25,969 nucleotides of DNA, from positions 1-25,969 of IMG/VR virus record IMGVR_UViG_3300046837_000043; one strand, written 5' to 3'. The notes beneath the pieces are model-generated. The model was not told the origin of the DNA and made no database searches. It saw only the letters and a program-made list of their open reading frames with translations. This stretch comes from a virus. Taxonomy: Duplodnaviria; Caudoviricetes. Position 1 is the stretch's first letter. Each line of letters opens with the position of its first letter. Of the stretch, positions 17,751-25,275 are shown piece after piece. Position numbers and translations under genes: made by a program.

Positions 17751-18124
17751 TCACCATTCTCCTTTGGTTTGGTTAGCAGTCGTGTGTGATCCCAGCGGTT
17801 CTCGGGGTCGGATGCCATGTCGCGGCGGACTTTATTGAACGTCCCGCCTTCGGCATTTTGCTCCGTCATCAGCTGGCGGAAGCGGTCGTCACAGCGTTCC
17901 ATCTCACGGAGTTGGTGGGCTGGGACCGTGTGACCGAGTTCTTCGTACATGTACTTGATATCATGAAGGTCATGCATGTAGTTCATAAACCGCCGGATCT
18001 TCTCCGGGACTTCCTTCTCCGCCTCGCTGATGTAGAAGATCACCTTCACCATCATCTCGCGGATCATCTTCATCTCGCGGGCGATGCGTTCGAGGGTTAC
18101 TTCCTGGGAGGTTTCATCTGCCAT
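17720..18124 (-). CDS. Hypothetical 134-aa helical, charged, Met-rich protein
   Basis: TGATG overlap with the upstream gene; codon pattern like neighbouring genes. Confidence 0.75.
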   Translation of the reverse strand: MADETSQEVTLERIAREMKMIREMMVKVIFYISEAEKEVPEKIRRFMNYMHDLHDIKYMYEELGHTVPAHQLREMERCDDRFRQLMTEQNAEGGTFNKVRRDMASDPENRWDHTRLLTKPKENGECDKDQDITQ

Positions 18125-18627
18125 CAGACCCTACGCGTTTCCGGCTTCTTCGCCTGAAGCTCTGCGTTCTGCATCATGAGTTCGGCGAGTTGGGCTTGGA
18201 GGGCTTCGAACTCCGCACGGCTCACACCGGATTCGGTGACGGTCACGGCAGGCACCGGCATCTTGGAAGTGAGCTCCGCGAGTTGCTTCTCCAGCGAGCC
18301 CAGAAGGCTGGCGCTGAAGCCCTGACCGGGGAGGGATTCGATTGGGTGCTTCCAAGACGCAGCGTGCTGGGCTGAGATAGCCTCAGCCTCGGCGTCCAAC
18401 GGATCCATCGCTGGGGTTGGGGTGCCTTCGAAGATCGAGTCCGAAGCCAGCCCCTTACCCTCAAGGCAGACGAGAGTTTCAGCTTCAAAGTAGAAGGGGA
18501 CTTTGAACCGCTTCCGCCGCTCTCGGCCGTTGACCCGATCGGTTTCCTTGTACTCCCATTCAACCTCGTCGAGGTCTGGCGGGCGGCCATAGAGATAGTG
18601 TGGTTCGGTTAGTTTCCAACGTGCCAT
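18124..18627 (-). CDS. Hypothetical 167-aa protein with C-terminal coiled coil
   Basis: Start moved to ATG 18627 (AAGGAGA SD right after the upstream TAA). MARWKLTEPHYL...EFEALQAQLAELMMQNAELQA. Confidence 0.78.
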   Translation of the reverse strand: MARWKLTEPHYLYGRPPDLDEVEWEYKETDRVNGRERRKRFKVPFYFEAETLVCLEGKGLASDSIFEGTPTPAMDPLDAEAEAISAQHAASWKHPIESLPGQGFSASLLGSLEKQLAELTSKMPVPAVTVTESGVSRAEFEALQAQLAELMMQNAELQAKKPETRRV

Positions 18628-18638
18628 TAAAATCTCCT

Positions 18639-20888
18639 TTATGTGAAGTGTCCATTTGCTGGGTCGATCCAGGTAGGGAACGCGGCGGTGGTGGCGGTGG
18701 AGTTGGGGTCGAAGTTGGAGCCGAGGGCTTGCCAAGCGGTGAAGGTCAGCACCGAGCCGCTGTCCTTGTTGAACTGCGAAGCGTTCGTCCCGCCATTGGT
18801 GGCGTTGGGGCACAGATAGTTGTTACGATCGATGATCGAGGTGGCATGCTGTGTTGCCGCGGACTGCAGTTCAACAATGGAACAAGTGCTCCCTGTTCTT
18901 ATGTCTTCAATCTGATTGTCCGTAAACACGAGAGGCCTGGTTGCGGTCAGGGTGGTTCCGCCATCGATGTTGAACACCGCACTTTGTGCGTTGTATATTT
19001 TGTTCCTATAAAGTTGGTAGCGACAAGTGGCGGCCATGGTAGCTGCGACGGCACCACTAATACCAAAGTTTGAAAACCCTTGACCTTGTATTCCCCAAGC
19101 AAGATTGTCCCGGAATGTTGCCGTAAGACATCCCGCAGTTTCGAAATATGCCCCCAGAGTAAGATTAGGTATTGCATTCTTTTGTGCAACCACATTCTTC
19201 CATTGACACGAAAGGGCACAGTTGAAACCATCATCCAGGTCCAAGGAATATTGCGTGCCAAAGAAGTAGTTGCTGTCCATGCACCAATATTGGGCATAGG
19301 CCGTCGACACCACACCAATGCAGGTAAACAATGGTATCGAAATCGATCCATTGCTGATGTTATAGGTTCCAGCCCCGCCTGTCCCTGTTCCTAGAGACGT
19401 GATCGTACCAATTACTTGACTGATGATAGCTGGATTGAACAGTGTCATCCCGACCTGGAACGGCGGGCTTGAGTTAGCTGCCAGGCCAATAGTCAGAACA
19501 CCGCCAATTATACTATCAGTCGGCCCGCCGGAATAGTTGCTGAAAGCGGTGGTGTGATTGTTGAAATCTCCATTTATGCAATAAGACCGCGTAGGATCAC
19601 CAGTACCATTTAACACACTCGTGCCGAAATCCATCCATCGTACTAGGAAATTGTTTTGAATAACAGGATAGATGTGATGATCCTGAGCTCCGCCTTGACC
19701 ACAGCCAACGATTGATCCGCCCACGATGAATAGCCATTGTTCCCAAGTGGCAATGTCCATGCCCATACGGTTAGGAGGACTGCCAGTAATTGGACTTGAG
19801 ACTTTCACATTCCAACAACCTGCGCGCACTTTAAGAGGAACCCCAAACGCGGTATTTGGTGTTAGGCAAAAAACATCCTGTGAAGTTAAAGCCGCTGTTG
19901 TAGTTGAAATCACCGTCACATTGTCAAAGTAAAAATCATTGACCTCCAGCAATGGGTCGTCATTTTGACCAAGCAAGCCACAGGCAATCTGCGCAGTGTT
20001 ACCGGGTCCGCATTTAGCCACGACATTTGAAATGACGATGTCCTGCAACCATACACCGCCGGAAGATCCTGCAGACCCAGTGCTGAATTGAATGGGGGCG
20101 TATGTATTTACGTTGTCCTCACGGATGGGATCGGCCCCGACACCATAGGCATCGACACGAAAACCGTTGACCGGTGTAGTATTGCCATTGCCAATGCCAG
20201 CAGCGCCATTGAGAAAAAGCGACCCACGCTTCAAATGCATCGCGCAGTTGGTGAAGCCCGCTGCGTTAAGTACAGTGAAAGCATCGCCTAGATTATTGAA
20301 TGGCGACAGGAGTGTTCCACTGCCTCCGCCAGCAGCAGCAGAATCAACCCACACTTCTGCACCGGAAGCATTGAAGGTGCTGGCAGTGAAAGTCGTCGTT
20401 GCGGTAGCTGTGGTGAAGCCTGCGCCGTTAGCGCCCCGAATCGTCAGGGTAACGGTATATGTGTCAGCTACGCGGCAGACAAATGCAGCCTCGGGGCCGG
20501 TTTGGTCGGTGTTGGCGTTGACGGTCGGACCGCCGGTGGAGTAGGGATAGATCGATGGATTGGTGAAGTTCTCGGCGGCAACAGAGCCACCAGCGCGAGT
20601 TAGAGTCCAAGTGTATTCAAGGTCTTCGTAGGGCTGCACAATGCCACCAACCGCAGTCGCGGTGATGTTCATGGCTGATGCTTGGAAGAACGCAGGCAGT
20701 TGGCCCGAGGAGCGAGACAGCTCGATGCCACCGCTAACGTCGATGGCTGTGATCTGGACATTGGGGTTGCCGCCGAATCCTGCGGGAGGTGGGGAGCCAG
20801 CATTACCATGGGTCCAAGCGAGCGAAGGAATTGCCCGCCAAATGGCTAAGAAACTCGCGCCAGCTAATAGGTTGCGTTTAGTCAACAT
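18639..20888 (-). CDS. Exported (Tat-like signal) PKD/Ig-like + parallel beta-helix protein
   Basis: Start ATG 20888 (or TTG 20885). MLTKRNLLAGASFLAIWRAIPSLA|W signal; LEYTWT..YTVTLTI (PKD-like); VWVDS..GGSGTLLSPF, LKRGS.F, AYG.GADP; C-terminal TFTAWQALG.FDPNS..P.WIDPANG.F as in secreted bacterial beta-helix proteins. Confidence 0.72.
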   Translation of the reverse strand: MLTKRNLLAGASFLAIWRAIPSLAWTHGNAGSPPPAGFGGNPNVQITAIDVSGGIELSRSSGQLPAFFQASAMNITATAVGGIVQPYEDLEYTWTLTRAGGSVAAENFTNPSIYPYSTGGPTVNANTDQTGPEAAFVCRVADTYTVTLTIRGANGAGFTTATATTTFTASTFNASGAEVWVDSAAAGGGSGTLLSPFNNLGDAFTVLNAAGFTNCAMHLKRGSLFLNGAAGIGNGNTTPVNGFRVDAYGVGADPIREDNVNTYAPIQFSTGSAGSSGGVWLQDIVISNVVAKCGPGNTAQIACGLLGQNDDPLLEVNDFYFDNVTVISTTTAALTSQDVFCLTPNTAFGVPLKVRAGCWNVKVSSPITGSPPNRMGMDIATWEQWLFIVGGSIVGCGQGGAQDHHIYPVIQNNFLVRWMDFGTSVLNGTGDPTRSYCINGDFNNHTTAFSNYSGGPTDSIIGGVLTIGLAANSSPPFQVGMTLFNPAIISQVIGTITSLGTGTGGAGTYNISNGSISIPLFTCIGVVSTAYAQYWCMDSNYFFGTQYSLDLDDGFNCALSCQWKNVVAQKNAIPNLTLGAYFETAGCLTATFRDNLAWGIQGQGFSNFGISGAVAATMAATCRYQLYRNKIYNAQSAVFNIDGGTTLTATRPLVFTDNQIEDIRTGSTCSIVELQSAATQHATSIIDRNNYLCPNATNGGTNASQFNKDSGSVLTFTAWQALGSNFDPNSTATTAAFPTWIDPANGHFT

Positions 20889-21814
20889 ATTCCACCTGAG
20901 ACACCACCTAGCGCGGTAAGAGCAACGTTGGTTGCATGGCACAGGTCGGTAATGTCTGCGCCCGACAGGCCGCCACCAATGGAGAAGGTCATGATCTGGC
21001 GAGCCGAGCCACCTCCAACCCCGGTGCCGGGAACATTGTAAGCAAGAACATAGAAGTTGCCGTTAGTTGGAGCGGCGGAACCTTTGCCCATGATCATCTG
21101 GTCAGCCGCGTTCCAGTATCCAAGGTCTGCCGTAAGATTGGTCCTGTTGGCAAGGAAATGTCCCAGGCTGTTTCCTGATGGGGTCGCACCACTGGCAAAG
21201 GCGTTGGCGTTCGCCGTGTATGACGAATTTCCAGCTGACGCCGCCGAGAGGCCCGCAGATATGTAACTCGCAACCGGCGTTGCGACATCGATCAATCCCA
21301 TATCGACTTCGTTACTGGGAGCCGGGCTGTTGCTGGTGTTGCTCCAAAACGCCAGGTGGGCGGAGTTCTGCGTGTAGTGGCCTCCAGCCGTCGAAGGGTT
21401 GAAGTTAGTGTCGAGCGCGATGGTGGTGCTGGCATCGACTCCCGTATATCCACGATTGGCCGTAAATGTCGGAGTGCTAATTTCAGTGGTGTTGAATGTA
21501 CCTGGCTGTGCCATGTTGATTAAGGCATCAGCCTTATTCGTCAGTGCCAGGAAGTTCCAGACATCAAGCTTGGCAAAGACGCCGCTGGTTACTCGACCGC
21601 AGATCAGCGTATCGAGGGCGGTCTTTTCGCCTCCGGTGAGAGTGGTAGCGGCTGCGAAGTATGCAGTTGATTGCGAACAGGATCCACCAGCACCGCTGCT
21701 AGGTGGGTTATTGTAAGCCGAGTCGCGAGTCTGCCAATAAGCGCGGGTCGGCACCTGCGTCAGGCAGACAATTCCGGCGAGCAGAAGTGCCCAGACTGTA
21801 AAGCGGTGCCACAT
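20882..21814 (-). CDS. Exported protein with probable ConA/LamG-like beta-sandwich
   Basis: Start ATG 21814 (TAATG overlap). MWHRFTVWALLLAGIVCLTQVPTRA|Y signal, then FTANRGYTG..LDTNFNPST..YTQNSAH and FSIGGGLS. The fold call is inference. Confidence 0.68.
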   Translation of the reverse strand: MWHRFTVWALLLAGIVCLTQVPTRAYWQTRDSAYNNPPSSGAGGSCSQSTAYFAAATTLTGGEKTALDTLICGRVTSGVFAKLDVWNFLALTNKADALINMAQPGTFNTTEISTPTFTANRGYTGVDASTTIALDTNFNPSTAGGHYTQNSAHLAFWSNTSNSPAPSNEVDMGLIDVATPVASYISAGLSAASAGNSSYTANANAFASGATPSGNSLGHFLANRTNLTADLGYWNAADQMIMGKGSAAPTNGNFYVLAYNVPGTGVGGGSARQIMTFSIGGGLSGADITDLCHATNVALTALGGVSGGIC

Positions 21815-23013
21815 TAGAGCTGATATCCCCAAGCCGAGACGGACACAACGCCACCAGTACCTGGTGCTCCAGATACCACGTTGATTGCTGTGTTTGTTGC
21901 GCTAGATGGGATGCAGGGCGAGAAGATCATTTCAGTCACGCCCAGACCGCTCGCATTCGGCGCGGTCCATTGGGTGAAGTTCATGGTCGCGGTAACGACG
22001 CCAGTCAGCGTGGCGTTGTTAGTCACCGCCGCCGTTGCGTTGGCGCGGATCGAGAATCCGCAGATATAGGTCTTGAGACCGCTACCGGAAGCCGCGAGCG
22101 TGGCAGTGGTGGCTGCCGTGGTGCCGGTTGCGGTCGCCGTGATCGGCACAGCGCCGTCTGCATAAGGAGCAGTTCCGACTGTGCCGATATGGGCGGTGCC
22201 AGCAGGAACGGCCGCGCCGGTGTTCGTGGCGATCGTAGAAAGGGAGGCAAGCTCGGTGGTTTGGTTGGCGGACGTAGCCGCGCCAGTTGGTAGAACACTA
22301 GCGTCTACGCTAGTGGAAAGCTGGTTGCTGGCGTTGACGTTGGCCCCTCGGGCGTTGCCAGCGGCATCGCGGATGATTCCATAGGCGCCATTCAACGTAC
22401 CTGGCGCCGCCACGTAAGCAGTTCCGTTATAGAGATAATTAACTACCGCACCAGTGTTGTTGCCGTTGACACCAGTGGTTGGATTGAGGGCAAGAGCGGT
22501 AAGCCAATTCTGCGTGTTGGTTCCATCGCTCAAAGCAACGCGAACAGGATTGCCAACAAGCGCAGCACCCGTGGCGCCAGGGCCGACGACCTGGGCATTG
22601 AGGTTCGAGGCGGTGGCCTGGGTGGCTGCGGTGGTGGAACCAGTGTCGATAACTGCGTGAAGGTTGGTACCAGTCGCCTGCGTGACAGCAGTCGTCGAGC
22701 CGGTATCGATCACTGCATGAAGATTAGTTCCAGTCGCTTGCGATACAGGCTGGGTAGTGGTGCCTGTTGGGTCGACTCGTACTGGGGCACCGGAGACGCC
22801 GATTTCGGCTCCTGCAGAGTTGACCAAACCTACGGCCTGGCATTGAGTGTTGGCCGCAGCGCAAAGGGCGGAGCCTCCGTGGGTTGCGTCGAAGGCTCGG
22901 ATCAGAAGGCCGGAGCCAGAGCTTGCGCCGTAGTCAGCCAGGGCGTAGATGGGCAGGATGGAGATAAGGCCAAGGTAGGCCAAGCGGAGAAAGCGTAGAT
23001 GCCATTTGTTCAT
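21814..23013 (-). CDS. Exported Thr/Ala/Gly-rich fibre-like protein with C-terminal beta-sandwich paralogous to 23192-23623
   Basis: MNKWHLRFLRLAYLGLISILPIYALA|D signal, 20-aa tandem repeats, C-terminal TYICGF...PCIPSSATNT...SAWGY. Confidence 0.75.
   Translation of the reverse strand: MNKWHLRFLRLAYLGLISILPIYALADYGASSGSGLLIRAFDATHGGSALCAAANTQCQAVGLVNSAGAEIGVSGAPVRVDPTGTTTQPVSQATGTNLHAVIDTGSTTAVTQATGTNLHAVIDTGSTTAATQATASNLNAQVVGPGATGAALVGNPVRVALSDGTNTQNWLTALALNPTTGVNGNNTGAVVNYLYNGTAYVAAPGTLNGAYGIIRDAAGNARGANVNASNQLSTSVDASVLPTGAATSANQTTELASLSTIATNTGAAVPAGTAHIGTVGTAPYADGAVPITATATGTTAATTATLAASGSGLKTYICGFSIRANATAAVTNNATLTGVVTATMNFTQWTAPNASGLGVTEMIFSPCIPSSATNTAINVVSGAPGTGGVVSVSAWGYQL
22591..22746 (-). 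repeat. About 2.5 copies of a 60-nt / 20-aa in-frame tandem repeat (QATGTNLHAVIDTGSTTAVT)
   Basis: Lines 22621-22680 and 22681-22740 align in register with mostly third-position differences. The third partial copy is QATASNLNAQV. Confidence 0.9.
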
Positions 23014-23195
23014 GGCGCACCTCCAAGCATGGGCAGCGCACAGCCCACGGAAAGGTCAATTACCCCTGCGCAGGTTGGACCAACAGGGGTGCCTCCGCCA
23101 GAGAGGGAGTCGGTGACTCCGCGAAGGAGTTGCGCCGAGGCGGATACAGAGAAGATCAAAAGAAGAGCGGTTAGGTGGGTGAATAGGCGGGTCAA
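23010..23195 (-). CDS. Exported mini-protein (about 40-aa mature peptide, 2 Cys)
   Basis: Likely TTG start at 23195 overlapping the upstream TGA (alternative ATG 23210). MTRLFTHLTALLLIFSVSASA|QLLRG...TCAGVIDLSVGCALPMLGGAP. Stop overlaps the next ATG. Confidence 0.68.
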   Translation of the reverse strand: MTRLFTHLTALLLIFSVSASAQLLRGVTDSLSGGGTPVGPTCAGVIDLSVGCALPMLGGAP

Positions 23196-23623
23196 TTTGT
23201 ATACCCCCATGCGGTTATCGCGGCGACAGTGCCAGCGCCCCCAGCAGGGAGGGTTACAACGATGGAGGTGTTGACTGCGGAGGAAGAGATGCAACCCGGG
23301 AAGGCGACGCCGAGAATGCCCTGGCCAGAGGAGACAAAGGCGTATTCATAGTTCATGGTAGCGAGGGTGCCGGTGATTGCAATGTTGCCGAGGGTAGCAG
23401 AGGTGGTGCCTGCGGAAGTAACGACGAAGCCACAGAGATAGGTCCACTTGCCTGCAACGCCGGTGAGGGTTGCGGTGAAGGAACCAGTGGTGCCAGTTGC
23501 CGAGGCAACGAGGTTATTGGGTTGGCCTCCCTGCGGGAATGGGGCGGTAGTGACGATTTGAGCCTGGGCTGGCGCTATGCCCAGGAGAGCAGCGAGGAAA
23601 AGCGCCAGTCCAAGGTTTCGCAT
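23192..23623 (-). CDS. Exported single-domain beta-sandwich protein
   Basis: AGGAG SD; MRNLGLALFLAALLGIAPAQA|Q signal; TYLCGF...PGCISSSAVNT...TAWGY. Confidence 0.8.
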   Translation of the reverse strand: MRNLGLALFLAALLGIAPAQAQIVTTAPFPQGGQPNNLVASATGTTGSFTATLTGVAGKWTYLCGFVVTSAGTTSATLGNIAITGTLATMNYEYAFVSSGQGILGVAFPGCISSSAVNTSIVVTLPAGGAGTVAAITAWGYTN

Positions 23624-23632
23624 CGGGGTCTC

Positions 23633-24085
23633 CTACGACGAGCTAACGCACATATAGGCGATGGTATTGTTAGCGGTCGAGGTTTGGGTGATGGTTAGGG
23701 TAGTAGTGGCAGTGGCATAGGAGAGGGCCGCAAGGATTGCGGACTTCGGGGTCAGGAGACAGACCGGAGCGGTGACAAAGGGCGTGCCGAAGGTGAGCAC
23801 GCAGGAGGTGGTGGCGGAAGTGCCGACGGTGATGACCCCAGCGAAGTCGGTGCCGACAACAGATGGAGAGGTCGTACCGCAATTGGCTGCTGCCACCGTC
23901 GGAGGTGGGCCACCTCGGGTTGTGGTAAGGAGGTGGTTAGGGAGGTAGATATTGTTAGAGGTATCGTAGCCGATAAGACCGGTTGGGTCCTGAGAGAGTT
24001 GGACTGCTTTGTTGATGTTCTGAGCAAAGGCTAAAGCCAGGCCAAGGGCCAGGATCACAGCCGAGGGGAGTAGGAGCTTTTTCAT
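23633..24085 (-). CDS. Exported beta-rich protein, fibre-tip/H-type-lectin-like C-terminus
   Basis: GGAGG SD and ATGA overlap; MKKLLLPSAVILALGLALAFA|Q signal. CVLTFGTPFVTAPVCLLTP...IAYMCV resembles fibre C-terminal domains (inference). Confidence 0.75.
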   Translation of the reverse strand: MKKLLLPSAVILALGLALAFAQNINKAVQLSQDPTGLIGYDTSNNIYLPNHLLTTTRGGPPPTVAAANCGTTSPSVVGTDFAGVITVGTSATTSCVLTFGTPFVTAPVCLLTPKSAILAALSYATATTTLTITQTSTANNTIAYMCVSSS

Positions 24086-24726
24086 TGTGGTGCCTCCGTC
24101 CAGCGGAATGTTACGTTGAGAAGAGCGGTGGGTGAAGTGGCGTTGAGGTTCACGCAGATTTGCTGCGCTGCGCCTCGTAGAGTTGGGGCTTCGGAGAAAG
24201 TCCGCTCGGCGTAGTCGAACAGGACGTAGGGGGTTACCGCCGCACCGACGGTGGTTGCGACCAAGCCAAGGTTGGCACTGCTGATAATGCCAGGGGCAGA
24301 GTCAGGAATGGTAGGGTTGGCTGTGTAGGAGACGAGGGTTGCGGTGGAGGTTGGGTTGGTACTGTCCAAAGCGTAGGCTACAGGGAGGACGACACCAGTA
24401 CCAGGAGTGCCACCGGTATCGGCGGAGGCGTTCTTCTTGATCAGCACAGGGACGGAGATAGCTGTGCCACTACCGCTGACACGAACCGATTGGACACGGA
24501 TCACGCGGGTAGCAGAGCCTGCGATGCAAGCGATGTCGGTTGCGGAAGCAGCAGGAATGATACCTACGCCAGTGGCGGCATAGGTTGCGACGGAGGGTTC
24601 CTGGGTACAGGTGACGCCGACTTGGGGGACGTTGTTAACGCCACCAACGCCAACGCAGGAGACCTGAGCTTGGGCCGCCCCCGCAAACGCGAGGGAAGCA
24701 ACAAGGGCAAGGAGGAGTTTCTTCAT
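24082..24726 (-). CDS. Exported beta-rich (jelly-roll/decoration-like) protein
   Basis: Start moved to ATG 24726, one base after the cement TAA. MKKLLLALVASLAFAGAAQA|Q is a textbook Sec signal; 4 Cys. Confidence 0.8.
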   Translation of the reverse strand: MKKLLLALVASLAFAGAAQAQVSCVGVGGVNNVPQVGVTCTQEPSVATYAATGVGIIPAASATDIACIAGSATRVIRVQSVRVSGSGTAISVPVLIKKNASADTGGTPGTGVVLPVAYALDSTNPTSTATLVSYTANPTIPDSAPGIISSANLGLVATTVGAAVTPYVLFDYAERTFSEAPTLRGAAQQICVNLNATSPTALLNVTFRWTEAPQ

Positions 24727-24727
24727 G

Positions 24728-25261
24728 TTAGTTCGCCACCGTGATGCCAGCAGGGTAGCCGCCGAGGACCGCGTTCTTGGTGGATTGGTACATTTGATCA
24801 TGGCGGTCGAGGACGATGTAGGCTGCGATGGTTGGGTTGCAGGTGGAGACGGTGGTGTAGACCAACTTGAGGAAGCGCGGGACAGCCACGCCAGCGGGTG
24901 GACGAGGCATGTCCATATCCATCAAGCGGGCGCCAACGACAAGCTGGGCGGTGGTGTAGGCTGGAGAGACCCACCAGACGGAGAAGGTGGATGGGACGCC
25001 AGCGGCAGTGTCGATTGCGCCCTCGAGGGTTACGGTCATCGAGGTGCCGGTGGAGGCAGCGGTGATGACTTGGACCAGGAGCTTGAGGGCTGGATCGTCA
25101 CCGATGCCGATATCGCGAGCTTGGCCTACGCCAAGGATAGTCGCGGAGGTGGTTGGCAAACCAAGGTTGCCAAGGTCGATGATGTTTGCGGAGTCTTGGG
25201 TAGTGCCTGACGCCGTGATGAGAGACCCGGTGTCGAAGGCGAGGAGTGCGTCGAGGATCAT
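24728..25261 (-). CDS. Capsid cement/decoration protein, Bbp16 (BPP-1) / epsilon15 gp10-like
   Basis: Immediately after the capsid gene with GGGAGG SD. MILDALL.FD....TAS....SANIIDLG and P...PRFLKLVYT match the Bbp16 pattern. Confidence 0.85.
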   Translation of the reverse strand: MILDALLAFDTGSLITASGTTQDSANIIDLGNLGLPTTSATILGVGQARDIGIGDDPALKLLVQVITAASTGTSMTVTLEGAIDTAAGVPSTFSVWWVSPAYTTAQLVVGARLMDMDMPRPPAGVAVPRFLKLVYTTVSTCNPTIAAYIVLDRHDQMYQSTKNAVLGGYPAGITVAN

Positions 25262-25275
25262 GGTGCATGCCTCCC

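Noticed and set aside
16560-21790. Lipoprotein signals at IGLC (16613 gene) and GIVC (21814 gene)
   Set aside because: The residue before Cys is L or V rather than G/A/S, so there is no lipobox. Downstream signal peptidase I sites fit better.
22591-22746. CRISPR-like or regulatory repeat array
   Set aside because: Repeats are in-frame, spacer-less and synonymously diverged, so they are protein repeats.
18639-24726. Exported gene array as a lysogenic-conversion moron or host genomic island
   Set aside because: No independent promoter or terminator space, same strand, and stop/start coupling to capsid genes. It cannot be fully excluded without expression data.
24727-24801. Upstream in-frame extension of the 24082 ORF overlapping the cement gene (possible programmed frameshift fusion)
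   Set aside because: No slippery sequence seen. ATG 24726 gives a clean signal peptide one base after the cement stop.
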